This document shows, piece after piece, positions 8,722-20,108 of a stretch of 64,000 nucleotides of DNA. Each line of letters begins with the position of its first letter. Within the stretch, counting starts at the first letter, position 1. The stretch is from Phycisphaerales bacterium (GTDB taxonomy: Bacteria; Planctomycetota; Phycisphaerae; UBA1845): contig QZJT01000058.1 of assembly GCA_003597935.1 (NCBI GenBank), positions 3,639 through 67,638 of the forward strand. Direction: 5' to 3'. A program made the translations under genes and the position numbers. The notes beneath the pieces are model-generated. The model did not search any database and was not told where the DNA came from. It worked only from the letters and a program-made list of their open reading frames with translations.

Positions 8722-10620
8722 ATGTTCCGCATCCGCCGCATCTACGACGATTTGATCCCCATCGACGAGCGACAGATCGCTCAGATCCAGCAGATCCTGC
8801 GGCAGCAGTTCCCCGGCGCCACCGAAGCCCAGATCGCCGCCCTGCCGGAAATGCTCCGCAACCCGTTCAAGCACCGCTTCCGCGCCGTGCTCTACGTCGC
8901 CGACGACGCCCAGGGGACCGTGCGCGGCTTCGCCCTGGCGTTCCACGAACCGCAGCTCAAGTTCTGGTATCTCGACTTCATCGCCGCCGGCACCCAGGGG
9001 ACGGGGGGCGGCGTCGGCGGAGCGCTCTATGCCCAGGTGTGCGAGGAGGTTGTCCGCAGCGGGGCGATCGGCCTTTTCTTCGAATGCGCCCCCGACGACG
9101 ACGTGGACGACAAGGCCGTGCTCAAGCAGAACATCGCCCGGCTGCGCTTCTATGAGCGTTTCGGCGCCCGGCCGCTGGACAACAACGACTATCGCAGACC
9201 GGTCTGGCCCGGCCAGCGCGAACTGCCGTTCCTGATGTTCGACGATCAGGAGCGGGGCAAGCCGCTGCGGCGGCAGCAGGTGCGCGAGGTCGTGCGCGCC
9301 GTGCTCGAACGCAAATACGGCGACGTGTGCTCACCTGAATACGTCGACGCCGTCGTCGCGTCGTTCAGGGATGACCCCGTTCGCCTCCGCCCGTTCCGGT
9401 ACGTGAAACCCAACGCGGTGGCCGCGAGCGGCGACGATGCTGTACAGACCCCTCCGGAAACAGGCGCTACCACGGCGGAGGGCAGGCTGGAAGCCCGCGG
9501 CAGAAAGGCGGACGCCCGCGCCCCCGCGCCCCCCCGGCCGCGCATCGCCCTGGTCGTCAACGACAAGCACGACATTCACCACGTCAGGGAGCGCGGATAC
9601 GTGGAAGCGCCCGCCCGCGTGCGGGTGATCCTCAAGGAGATTGAAAAGACCGGTCTGTTTCGGCCCGTTCCGCCGCGCAGCTTCCCGGACCGCCACGTCC
9701 TCGAAGTCCACGAGCGCGGATTCGTGGAATACCTGAAACGGACCTGCCAGACCGTCCCCGCCGGCAAGTCGGTCTACCCTTACGTCTTTCCGATCCGCAA
9801 CCAGGCGCGGCCCCCGAAGGAACTCGCCATCCGTGCCGGCTACTACTGCATCGACACGTTCACGCCGCTGAACCGCAACGCGTATCCTGCCGCCAAGCGG
9901 GCGGTGGACTGCGTGCTGACCGCGGCCGAGGAGATCCTGCGCGGCGATCGGCTCGCCTACGCCCTCGTCCGCCCGCCGGGGCACCACGCCGAGCGGCGCT
10001 CGTTCGGCGGGTTCTGTTACTTCTGCAACGTGGCGATCGCGGCCCAGTTCTTCAGCCCGCACGGCCGGGTGGCGATCCTGGACGTCGATTACCATCACGG
10101 CAACGGACAGGAAGAGATCTTCTACGAGCGCGACGACGTGCTGACCGTCTCCATCCACGGCCATCCCCGCTTCGCCTACCCCTACTTCAGCGGCTTTCAG
10201 GACGATCGGGGCCTCGGCCAGGGAGAAGGGTACAACGCCAACTATCCTCTGCCGGAGCGCGTGGACGGCGAGCGGTATCGCCGCACCCTGGCGCAGGCGC
10301 TGCGGCGCATCCAGCGCTTCGCTCCTCGTTTTCTGATCGTGGCGTTGGGTCTGGACACGGCCCGCGGCGACCCGACCGGCTCGTGGTCGCTCTCCGCCTC
10401 GGACCTGGAGCGGAACGGGCGGTTGATCGGCGGGCTTCGCCTGCCGACATTGGTGGTACAGGAAGGCGGCTACCGGACCCGCACGCTGGGCGTGAACGCC
10501 CGTCAGTTCTTCGTGGGGCTGGCGGCCGCGGATGACCTCCGCGACGGCGGAAAGCGGACTCGGAACAGGACTTCGGGGCAGGGACGCACGGCCCCCAAAG
10601 GGAGCGTTGAAGCCGGATGA
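8722..10620 (+). CDS. fusion protein: N-terminal GNAT-like acyltransferase plus C-terminal histone-deacetylase-family amidohydrolase
   Basis: The N-terminus has YLDFIAAGTQGTGGGVGGALY...RLRFYERFGARPL (GNAT core). The C-terminus has RPPGHHA, DVDYHHGNGQ, GLDTARGDP and QEGGY (HDAC/acetylpolyamine amidohydrolase motifs). Confidence 0.85.
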   Translation: MFRIRRIYDDLIPIDERQIAQIQQILRQQFPGATEAQIAALPEMLRNPFKHRFRAVLYVADDAQGTVRGFALAFHEPQLKFWYLDFIAAGTQGTGGGVGGALYAQVCEEVVRSGAIGLFFECAPDDDVDDKAVLKQNIARLRFYERFGARPLDNNDYRRPVWPGQRELPFLMFDDQERGKPLRRQQVREVVRAVLERKYGDVCSPEYVDAVVASFRDDPVRLRPFRYVKPNAVAASGDDAVQTPPETGATTAEGRLEARGRKADARAPAPPRPRIALVVNDKHDIHHVRERGYVEAPARVRVILKEIEKTGLFRPVPPRSFPDRHVLEVHERGFVEYLKRTCQTVPAGKSVYPYVFPIRNQARPPKELAIRAGYYCIDTFTPLNRNAYPAAKRAVDCVLTAAEEILRGDRLAYALVRPPGHHAERRSFGGFCYFCNVAIAAQFFSPHGRVAILDVDYHHGNGQEEIFYERDDVLTVSIHGHPRFAYPYFSGFQDDRGLGQGEGYNANYPLPERVDGERYRRTLAQALRRIQRFAPRFLIVALGLDTARGDPTGSWSLSASDLERNGRLIGGLRLPTLVVQEGGYRTRTLGVNARQFFVGLAAADDLRDGGKRTRNRTSGQGRTAPKGSVEAG

Positions 10621-11138
10621 GCACGAATCTTTCCAAAATCCCGGTGGCGCCGCCGTCGGACGTTTACCTGCGTCGGCTGCTGCGGGCCACCGACGTACAC
10701 GCCCTCGAAGCCCTGCTGACCGCCACCGGGATGTTCGCCCCGCACGAGGTCGAGGTCGCGCTGGAACTGGTCCACGACTTCCTCTCCCGCGGCGAGCTGA
10801 GCGGCTACTGGTTCACGGTGGCCGAGGATGACGCCGGGCGGGTGGTGGGGTACACGGCCATCGGGCCGATCCCCTGCACGGTGGCCAGCTACGACATCTA
10901 CTGGATCGCGGTGCAGCCGGATTGCCAGGGCTGCGGCATCGGGCGGCGGCTGATGGAGGAGGCGGAGGAGCGCATCCGCGCCGCCGGGGGCGCACGGGTG
11001 TTCATCGACACCTCCGGCCGGGCGCAATACGCCCCCACGCGCGCCTTCTACGAACGGTGCGGCTATCGCGTGGAAGCGACGCTCTGCGATTTCTACGCCC
11101 CCGGTGATGACAAGGTCGTGTACGGCAAGGTCCTGTAG
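10617..11138 (+). CDS. GNAT family N-acetyltransferase
   Basis: There is an ATGA overlap with the upstream gene. IAVQPDCQGCGIGRRLM and RAFYERCGY are GNAT motifs. Confidence 0.8.
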   Translation: MSTNLSKIPVAPPSDVYLRRLLRATDVHALEALLTATGMFAPHEVEVALELVHDFLSRGELSGYWFTVAEDDAGRVVGYTAIGPIPCTVASYDIYWIAVQPDCQGCGIGRRLMEEAEERIRAAGGARVFIDTSGRAQYAPTRAFYERCGYRVEATLCDFYAPGDDKVVYGKVL

Positions 11139-11140
11139 GG

Positions 11141-12973
11141 CTACTCGCCGTCCTCGTCGTTCTTGCTCTGCTTCTGGGCGACCTTCCGCTCCACGACCTT
11201 GTCGAGGGCGACGCGCTGTGGCTCGTCCAGGGCGTTGCGGACGCGCTCGACGACGCGCTGGCGCGTGTCACGCCGCGCCTGGTTCCGCTCCGCTTCGTCG
11301 TCGATCCTGTCGATTTCGCGGAACCGGGCGCGGGCGTCATTGAAGATCCCGGACAGCAGCCGGCGCTGATCCGCGGAGAGGCCCACCTCCGGCTCATTGG
11401 CGGCCGAGAAGAACTCGGCCAGACTCAGCCCCGTGATGCTGGCCTCGGAGGGCCCGGGCTGGTCGTCGTCGTCGATGTAGCCAAGCCCTTTGAGCCGGTC
11501 GTGCTCCGCGCGTTGCTCCGGCGTCATCTCGTCGATGGCCCGCTCCGGGTTCTTGAGTTCCCACTTGCCCTGGTCGATCCAGCGCTGCACCAGCGGCCTG
11601 AGCTGCGCCACCACGTCCGCGTGTTTGTCCGCGACGTTGGTCAATTCCTGCGGGTCGCTGTCCAGATTGAACAACTTGATCTCGTCGGTCGGGTACTTCG
11701 GCTTTCCGACCTGGGCGATCAGCTTCCACGGCCCGCGCCGCACCATGATCTCGCGGTTGTGGGCGTCTTCGTGGATCAGCGTGGTGCGCCGGCTGAGCGC
11801 GGGGCTGGGGCGGCCCATCAGTACCTCGGTCAGGTTCAGGCCGTGCATGGGAAGCCCCTCGGGCTGCCGCACCTGCACGCCGAAGAGGTGGCACATCGTC
11901 GGAACCAGGTCGATCTGGCACACGCGGTCCTCGATCCGCAGCCCCGTGGGCATGCCGGGCATGCGGATGATGAGCGGCACGTGGACCGACGGCTCGTACA
12001 GCCCCATGTGGTCGAAATAGACGTTGTGATCGCCCAGGCACTCTCCGTGGTCCGCCACCACGACGATGCCGGTCGTGTCGTACAGACCGCGGTCTTTCAT
12101 CCCCTGGATAAAACGGCCCAGCTCGTGGTCCGTGTAGTTGAGTTCCCCTTTGTACATCGCGGGCGGGTAGGCCGGGTCGCGAACCTCGCTGAATTGTTTG
12201 AGCACCACCTGCGGCGCGCGGCGGAAGAACTCGTTCTCGTGGAACGGCGGCGCCTCGCCCGCGTACGGGTCGCCCTGGTAGAACTTCCTGGCGTACTCCT
12301 CCGGCGGGTCGTACTCCATGTGGGGGTCGAAGACGTGCAGCCACATGAAGAAGGGCTTGTCCGACGGCTGGTCCAGCCACTTCAGGGCCTTGTCCACCAT
12401 CTCGCCCGCCACCGGCTCACCGATCATTTCGTTCGGCTCGTCGAAGCCGGGCAGGGCCAACGTCGCGTCGGAGACGTGCCGGATCGCCGGGAACCCGACG
12501 CTGCGATAGCCCGCCCGCTGGAACGCGGCTGGCAGCGTGTCCACGCCCGGGTTGTGCTTCGGTAGCGAGGTCTGGTTGTTCATCACCTTGGCGTCGATGG
12601 CGTAAAGCCCGGTGAAGATCGACGTGTGGCTGGGGTTGGTGACGTTGGTCTGGCTGTAGGCGCGCAGGAAACGGGCGCCTTCGCTGGCCAGCTTCTCCAG
12701 ATTGGGGGTTAGCCCGTCGGCCCGCTCGTCGCCGATGCCCGAGATCAGGTCCGCCCGCGTGGTGTCCATCGTGACGATGATGAGGTTTTTACCCTTCATC
12801 GCCGCGACCATCGCCCCTTCCTCCACGGCCGCCGGCTGGGTCTGGCCGGCCGCCAGTTGCGGCAGCCGCCCGCCCGCCCGAATGAAGGTGAGCACGGCCA
12901 CGCAGAGAATCCCCGCCGCCACGGTACGGCAGCGTCCGGTATAGACGCGGGACGATTGCGGTGTCCTGCTCAT
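11141..12973 (-). CDS. sulfatase-like alkaline-phosphatase-superfamily hydrolase with a coiled C-terminal extension
   Basis: The ATG at 12973 is followed by a signal/TM segment. IIVTMDTTRAD and VVADHGE are metal-site motifs. The signature position reads VTNPSHTSIFTG instead of C/S-x-P-x-R. Confidence 0.85.
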   Translation of the reverse strand: MSRTPQSSRVYTGRCRTVAAGILCVAVLTFIRAGGRLPQLAAGQTQPAAVEEGAMVAAMKGKNLIIVTMDTTRADLISGIGDERADGLTPNLEKLASEGARFLRAYSQTNVTNPSHTSIFTGLYAIDAKVMNNQTSLPKHNPGVDTLPAAFQRAGYRSVGFPAIRHVSDATLALPGFDEPNEMIGEPVAGEMVDKALKWLDQPSDKPFFMWLHVFDPHMEYDPPEEYARKFYQGDPYAGEAPPFHENEFFRRAPQVVLKQFSEVRDPAYPPAMYKGELNYTDHELGRFIQGMKDRGLYDTTGIVVVADHGECLGDHNVYFDHMGLYEPSVHVPLIIRMPGMPTGLRIEDRVCQIDLVPTMCHLFGVQVRQPEGLPMHGLNLTEVLMGRPSPALSRRTTLIHEDAHNREIMVRRGPWKLIAQVGKPKYPTDEIKLFNLDSDPQELTNVADKHADVVAQLRPLVQRWIDQGKWELKNPERAIDEMTPEQRAEHDRLKGLGYIDDDDQPGPSEASITGLSLAEFFSAANEPEVGLSADQRRLLSGIFNDARARFREIDRIDDEAERNQARRDTRQRVVERVRNALDEPQRVALDKVVERKVAQKQSKNDEDGE

Positions 12974-13323
12974 AATGACCTTTCGGGCTTCGGCGCCGCC
13001 GGCGCGCGATGCAAAAGACCTATCGGAAACCGCGCCGGAGACGATAAGGCGGGGCGGCCGCCGCCCTCCGCGTTTCACGCGGATCACGCCTCGGGTTAGT
13101 GGACCCTGGGGCGCACTCTCTCCCTATGGCGCCTGGGCAGGCGGCTTCCTCCGCCGACCCTACCGCCACAACGAGCGCCGCCGTCCGCTATTGCCCGTGA
13201 GCCGGGTCAGACGCCCGCCCCGCTCCACTCCCGGCCTTGGATGGACCGTGGGCGTCATCGGGGCGCGCGCGTGCTTCCGGCCACGCCAGCACCGCTTTTC
13301 CAGGCCCGCGCCGGACCGGCGCG

Positions 13324-13491
13324 TTACGGATCGACCGTCTCGCCGGTGAAGCCGTGCCGCTCCTCGAGACGCACCTTGTTATCGCCTCCTCGCCGGCTGT
13401 CCGCACCAGACTGCCCGCTGTCCGAACCGCTGTTCAGGTAAACCACGACCAGCACGCCGACCAGCAACAGCAGAATGACCCAGTACTTCAT
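13324..13491 (-). CDS. small membrane protein (55 aa), not in the ORF track
   Basis: GGAG lies 8 nt before the ATG. The protein is MKYWVILLLLVGVLVVVYL followed by a polar tail. Third codon positions are mostly G/C. Confidence 0.4.
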   Translation of the reverse strand: MKYWVILLLLVGVLVVVYLNSGSDSGQSGADSRRGGDNKVRLEERHGFTGETVDP

Positions 13492-13728
13492 CGAAGTCGC
13501 TCCGAAACGCTCCGGGCGCCCGCTCTGCCAACCGACCGAACGGCCGCCCGGCAGCCTCTACGATACCGCGCCGATCGGCGTCCAGCGACCATCCCGCACG
13601 CCGGCGGAGGGCAGGCGGCGTGGAGCGCGGCCGGGCGGGTTTTTGCGCTGCCAGTGTATTGACAACCGCGGACGGGCGGGTGAATCTGGAAGGCGTCGAC
13701 TGCCCGGTTGATTCAGGAGCACTCCGCT

Positions 13729-14067
13729 ATGGCCCATATCGTCGCCGAACCGTGCATTAAGTGTAAGTACACCGACTGCGTCGCCGTCTGCCCGGTCGAT
13801 TGCTTTCACGAGGGCGTCAACTTCCTCGTGATCGACCCGGAGGTCTGCATCGACTGCGGCCTGTGCCCGCCGGAGTGCCCTACGGAGGCGATCTTCCCCG
13901 AGGAGGAGCTGCCCGAGAAGTGGTCCAACTTCGTCGAGATCAACGCCAGGTACGCCCCGCTCTGGCCCGTCATCGACACTCAGAAAGAGCCGCTGGCGGG
14001 GGCGGACGACATGGCCAAGGTCGAGCAGAAACTCGACCAGCTCGACCCGAACCCGTTTGAGGGTTAG
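13729..14067 (+). CDS. fdxA: 7Fe-type ferredoxin (FdxA-like)
   Basis: AGGAG lies 9 nt upstream of the ATG. The motifs are [18 protein letters not shown] and [12 protein letters not shown]. Confidence 0.9.
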   Translation: MAHIVAEPCIKCKYTDCVAVCPVDCFHEGVNFLVIDPEVCIDCGLCPPECPTEAIFPEEELPEKWSNFVEINARYAPLWPVIDTQKEPLAGADDMAKVEQKLDQLDPNPFEG

Positions 14068-14098
14068 CGCTGTCGGCGACCGGATCTGCGCCGCAGAA

Positions 14099-14127
14099 CC
14101 CGCGCGGGCTTCAGGCCCGCGGCTCGC
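14099..14127. repeat. REP family B hairpin, intergenic
   Basis: CCCGCGCGGGCTTCAGGCCCGCGGCTCGC, between fdxA and truD. Confidence 0.7.
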
Positions 14128-14207
14128 TGGCGGCGCATGATCGCGCCTGCTGACTCGGCTCGCACGGCCTGGGATTCCGGCGCCGGTCGCGGATACACTC
14201 CGCCTGC

Positions 14208-17968
<3,761 letters not shown>

Positions 17969-18085
17969 GATGGTCCCGGCCGTGCCAGGGGCGGGCAAGG
18001 TCCACGGCGTCCTCCCGAGCCCCCTCACGTCGCTACTCCAACTATGCCAGCATGCGCGATCCGTAGCCGGCTCTGAGCCGTGACG

Positions 18086-18111
18086 TCCGCGCGGGCTGAA
18101 GCCCGCGGCTC
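18086..18111. repeat. REP family B hairpin between the convergent ligA and ftcD-like genes
   Basis: TCCGCGCGGGCTGAAGCCCGCGGCTC. It could act as a bidirectional stem-loop. Confidence 0.7.
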
Positions 18112-18140
18112 GCTGTCGGCACACCCTGACGCACGCTGTT

Positions 18141-19841
18141 TCAGGCCTTCATCTTCCCGTTCACGCGCTCGAGCACGGCGCGCTCGCGCTCGATCGCCTG
18201 CCGTTCCAGGTCCGCCGCCTTTTTCAGCACGCCGTCGATCCACGTCTTGTCCTTCACGCTGCCTGCGTTGATCCGGACGTTGAGGTGTGCACCCATCACG
18301 GCCGCGCGGGCGGCCAGCGCCGCCACGCCGGCGTCCGAGATGCTGGCCTCCAACCCGGTCTCCGCCATGGCCTCGATCACCTCGAAGCTGGCCAGCGCCG
18401 TCTCCATCACCTTGAGCGGGACCTCGATCGCGCCGCGGGTCGCACTCTGAATCGCCTGCGACCGGGCGGCCTTCTCGGCGTCGCTGCCTTTCGGCAGGCC
18501 GAAGGCGTCCATGAGCCGGTTGAACGCGTCAGTGTCTTCGTCGATCAGCCGCAGCAGCGCATCGTGACAGCCCTTGCCTTTCACCGCCCAGTCTGAGAAT
18601 TCCTGCCAGCGGTCGTCCCAGCCGCGTTTGTGTGAGGAAAGGTTCGCCACCATGGTGGCCAAGGCCGCGCCGAATGCGCCCATCGCGGCCGCGATCGAGC
18701 CGCCGCCCGGCGCGGGCGACTCGCTGGCGGTCTCGTGCACGAACGCCTCCAACGTCCTGTCGACCAGACGCTTGTGCGCGCCCTTCCGCCGGGCGGCGAT
18801 GGCGTATTCTATGATCTTCTCCTCGGGCTTGAACGGGTAGAGTTCATCCAGCCCCAGCGACTTGACGGCGATCTTGATGAGTTCCCGGTCGCTGACGCCC
18901 AGGCTGCGCTGCTGTTTCGTCAGGAAATACCGCCCGGCGTCCAGCATGGCCCGCAATGGGATCAGCCCCACCAGTTCGCTGCCGGTCACCCTTACGCCGC
19001 GCTCCTGCGCCCTATTGCAGCACTCATCGAACGCGACGTGGACCGGCGTCACCGAGATGTTGGTCAGGTTGATCGAGATCTGGGCGATGCCGTACTCTTC
19101 TATGAACCAGCCGATCGCCTTGACGCACTTGAGCGATCCCGGTTGCCACAGTTTCTCCCCTTTTTCGTCCAGCAGCGGCGTGCCGGTGGGCGTGCCGTCG
19201 CTGGTCTGCACGCGTCCTTTCTCGCGGATGTCGAAAGCGATGGCGTTGGCCCGGCGGGTGGACGTAGTGTTGAGGTTGACGTTGTAGGCGACCAGGAAGT
19301 CGCGCGCCCCCACGGCGGTGGCGCCGCTGCGCGGATTGAACGCCGCCGGCCCGAAGTCCGGTTTCCACTCGTCGCGCCGGAGCTTGTCCGCCAGTCCCTC
19401 ATACTCGCCGGCCCGGACGGTCGCCAGGTTCCGCCGTTTCTCGTGGAACGCCGCGTTCTCATAGCAATAGATGGTCAGACCCACCTCTTCGCCCAGCCGC
19501 CTGGCCAGCGTGCGGGCATACTCAGCCGTTTTCTCCATGGTGACGTTCGCCACCGGCACCAGCGGGCACACGTCCATGGCGCCGAAGCGCGGGTGCTCGC
19601 CGTGGTGGCGGCTCATGTCGATCACCTCGGCCGCCTTCCGCCCCGCCCGCACGGCCGCTTCGATGACCGGCTCCGGCGCGCCCACGAAGGTCACGACGGT
19701 CCGGTGGGTGGCCTTGCCGGGATCGACGTCAAGCAGAGTTACGCCCTCGACCGACTCTATTGCGTCGGTGATCTGCTTGATCACGGCCGGATCGCGGCCT
19801 TCGGAGACGTTGGGTACGCACTCGATGAGCGGTTCGTTCAT
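18141..19841 (-). CDS. glutamate formimidoyltransferase-cyclodeaminase (bifunctional FTCD-like)
   Basis: The N-terminus MNEPLIECVPNVSEGRD marks the formiminotransferase domain. The C-terminal helical cyclodeaminase-like domain contains SPAPGGGS. Confidence 0.9.
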   Translation of the reverse strand: MNEPLIECVPNVSEGRDPAVIKQITDAIESVEGVTLLDVDPGKATHRTVVTFVGAPEPVIEAAVRAGRKAAEVIDMSRHHGEHPRFGAMDVCPLVPVANVTMEKTAEYARTLARRLGEEVGLTIYCYENAAFHEKRRNLATVRAGEYEGLADKLRRDEWKPDFGPAAFNPRSGATAVGARDFLVAYNVNLNTTSTRRANAIAFDIREKGRVQTSDGTPTGTPLLDEKGEKLWQPGSLKCVKAIGWFIEEYGIAQISINLTNISVTPVHVAFDECCNRAQERGVRVTGSELVGLIPLRAMLDAGRYFLTKQQRSLGVSDRELIKIAVKSLGLDELYPFKPEEKIIEYAIAARRKGAHKRLVDRTLEAFVHETASESPAPGGGSIAAAMGAFGAALATMVANLSSHKRGWDDRWQEFSDWAVKGKGCHDALLRLIDEDTDAFNRLMDAFGLPKGSDAEKAARSQAIQSATRGAIEVPLKVMETALASFEVIEAMAETGLEASISDAGVAALAARAAVMGAHLNVRINAGSVKDKTWIDGVLKKAADLERQAIERERAVLERVNGKMKA

Positions 19842-19896
19842 GCTATTCGTACTTTCTATGCGTATCTACAGTCCATGTCCTACAACTGCGACACGG

Positions 19897-20038
19897 CCAA
19901 TCCGAACCGCGACCGTAAGGGAGCGGCCCTGCCTGGGCGCAGCTATTTCTGCGCTTGGCCCGCCGCAGATTCCCCTAGCACGTGCGAACGCCGCAGCGCC
20001 GTCCAGAAGCCGCTTCCTTACGGGCGCGGTTCGGATTG
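19897..20038. repeat. inverted pair of REP family A elements around an 83-bp core (BIME/MITE-like)
   Basis: CCAATCCGAACCGCGACCGTAAGGGAGCGG (19897-19925) pairs with CCGCTTCCTTACGGGCGCGGTTCGGATTGG (20009-20038). Confidence 0.8.
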
Positions 20039-20051
20039 GTATTCCCCGTTC

Positions 20052-20108
20052 GACTGCCATTCAACCTTCAACCTTCCAACCTTCGACCTTCGACCTTCAA
20101 CCTTCAAC
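20052..20108. repeat. heptanucleotide tandem repeat CCTTCRA, about 8 copies
   Basis: TTCAACCTTCAACCTTCCAACCTTCGACCTTCGACCTTCAACCTTCAACC. It abuts the stop of the E1 gene. Confidence 0.8.
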
